DNA of 64,000 nucleotides from Thermoguttaceae bacterium (GTDB lineage Bacteria; Planctomycetota; Planctomycetia; Pirellulales; Thermoguttaceae): NCBI GenBank assembly GCA_031549565.1, contig JAVBPO010000054.1, positions 20,322 to 84,321 of the forward strand, read 5' to 3'. Shown piece by piece: positions 63,948 to 64,000 of this stretch (position 1 is its first letter; each line of letters starts with the position of its first letter). The notes under the pieces were generated by a model. It saw only the letters and a program-made list of their open reading frames with translations, ran no database searches and was not told where the DNA came from. The position numbers and the translations under genes were made by a program.

Positions 63948-63989
63948 ACCTTATTACCTTATTAAAAATCCGGAATAAGGTAATAAGGT
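63948..63989. repeat. Period-8 hairpin ACCTTATT x2 / AATAAGGT x2, terminator-like
   Basis: Perfect 16-bp stem (63948-63963 / 63974-63989), loop AAAAATCCGG, followed by CTTTGTTTTCG. Further direct copies ACCTTATTTTCACCTTATTTTG lie near 63883-63904. Confidence 0.75.
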
Positions 63990-64000
63990 CTTTGTTTTCG

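Overview
This is a 64-kb chromosomal window of moderately high GC. Its gene content points to a Planctomycetota-type genome. Supporting signs are secreted giant FG-GAP/VCBS proteins with an N-terminal 'ESLEERCMLTA' motif, prenyltransferase/terpenoid-cyclase-fold proteins, beta-propeller proteins with C-terminal CxxCH motifs, a futalosine-pathway radical-SAM gene, prepilin-type N-termini, and housekeeping genes scattered rather than grouped in operons. I support about 46 protein-coding genes. Those with a gene symbol are pfkA, pyrC, cca, pheS, priA, apbE, accC, hemB and a parDE toxin-antitoxin pair. Others I recognise by family include a BlaI/BlaR1-like pair, a methyl-accepting chemotaxis protein, a GH16 glucanase and a 2-Cys peroxiredoxin. 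There is also one tRNA-Glu(UUC), one decayed IS66/PP2C chimeric pseudogene and several hairpin terminators. I found no rRNA, CRISPR array, intact transposon or prophage. The most unusual signal is non-coding. Nearly every larger intergenic spacer is built from exact period-7 tandem arrays drawn from about six recurring unit families, usually as inverted pairs. Some of these arrays are joined to a conserved ~25-nt 'CGCTCGCTTACGCTTCCCGCTCTG' box, and they sit directly on start and stop codons. Other repeats include a ~105-bp MITE-like palindromic element in two copies and three ~115-135-nt elements with terminal inverted repeats. Protein-level oddities are listed next.
- A radical-SAM MqnC/E-family gene reads in frame into a pseudopilin across an A_AAA_AAC tract.
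- Two tandem tri-CxxCH beta-propeller paralogs resemble hydrazine-synthase alpha but carry different lectin-type N-domains.
- A 1406-aa protein has no motif I can recognise.
All functional calls rest on motifs read by eye. No database search was possible.
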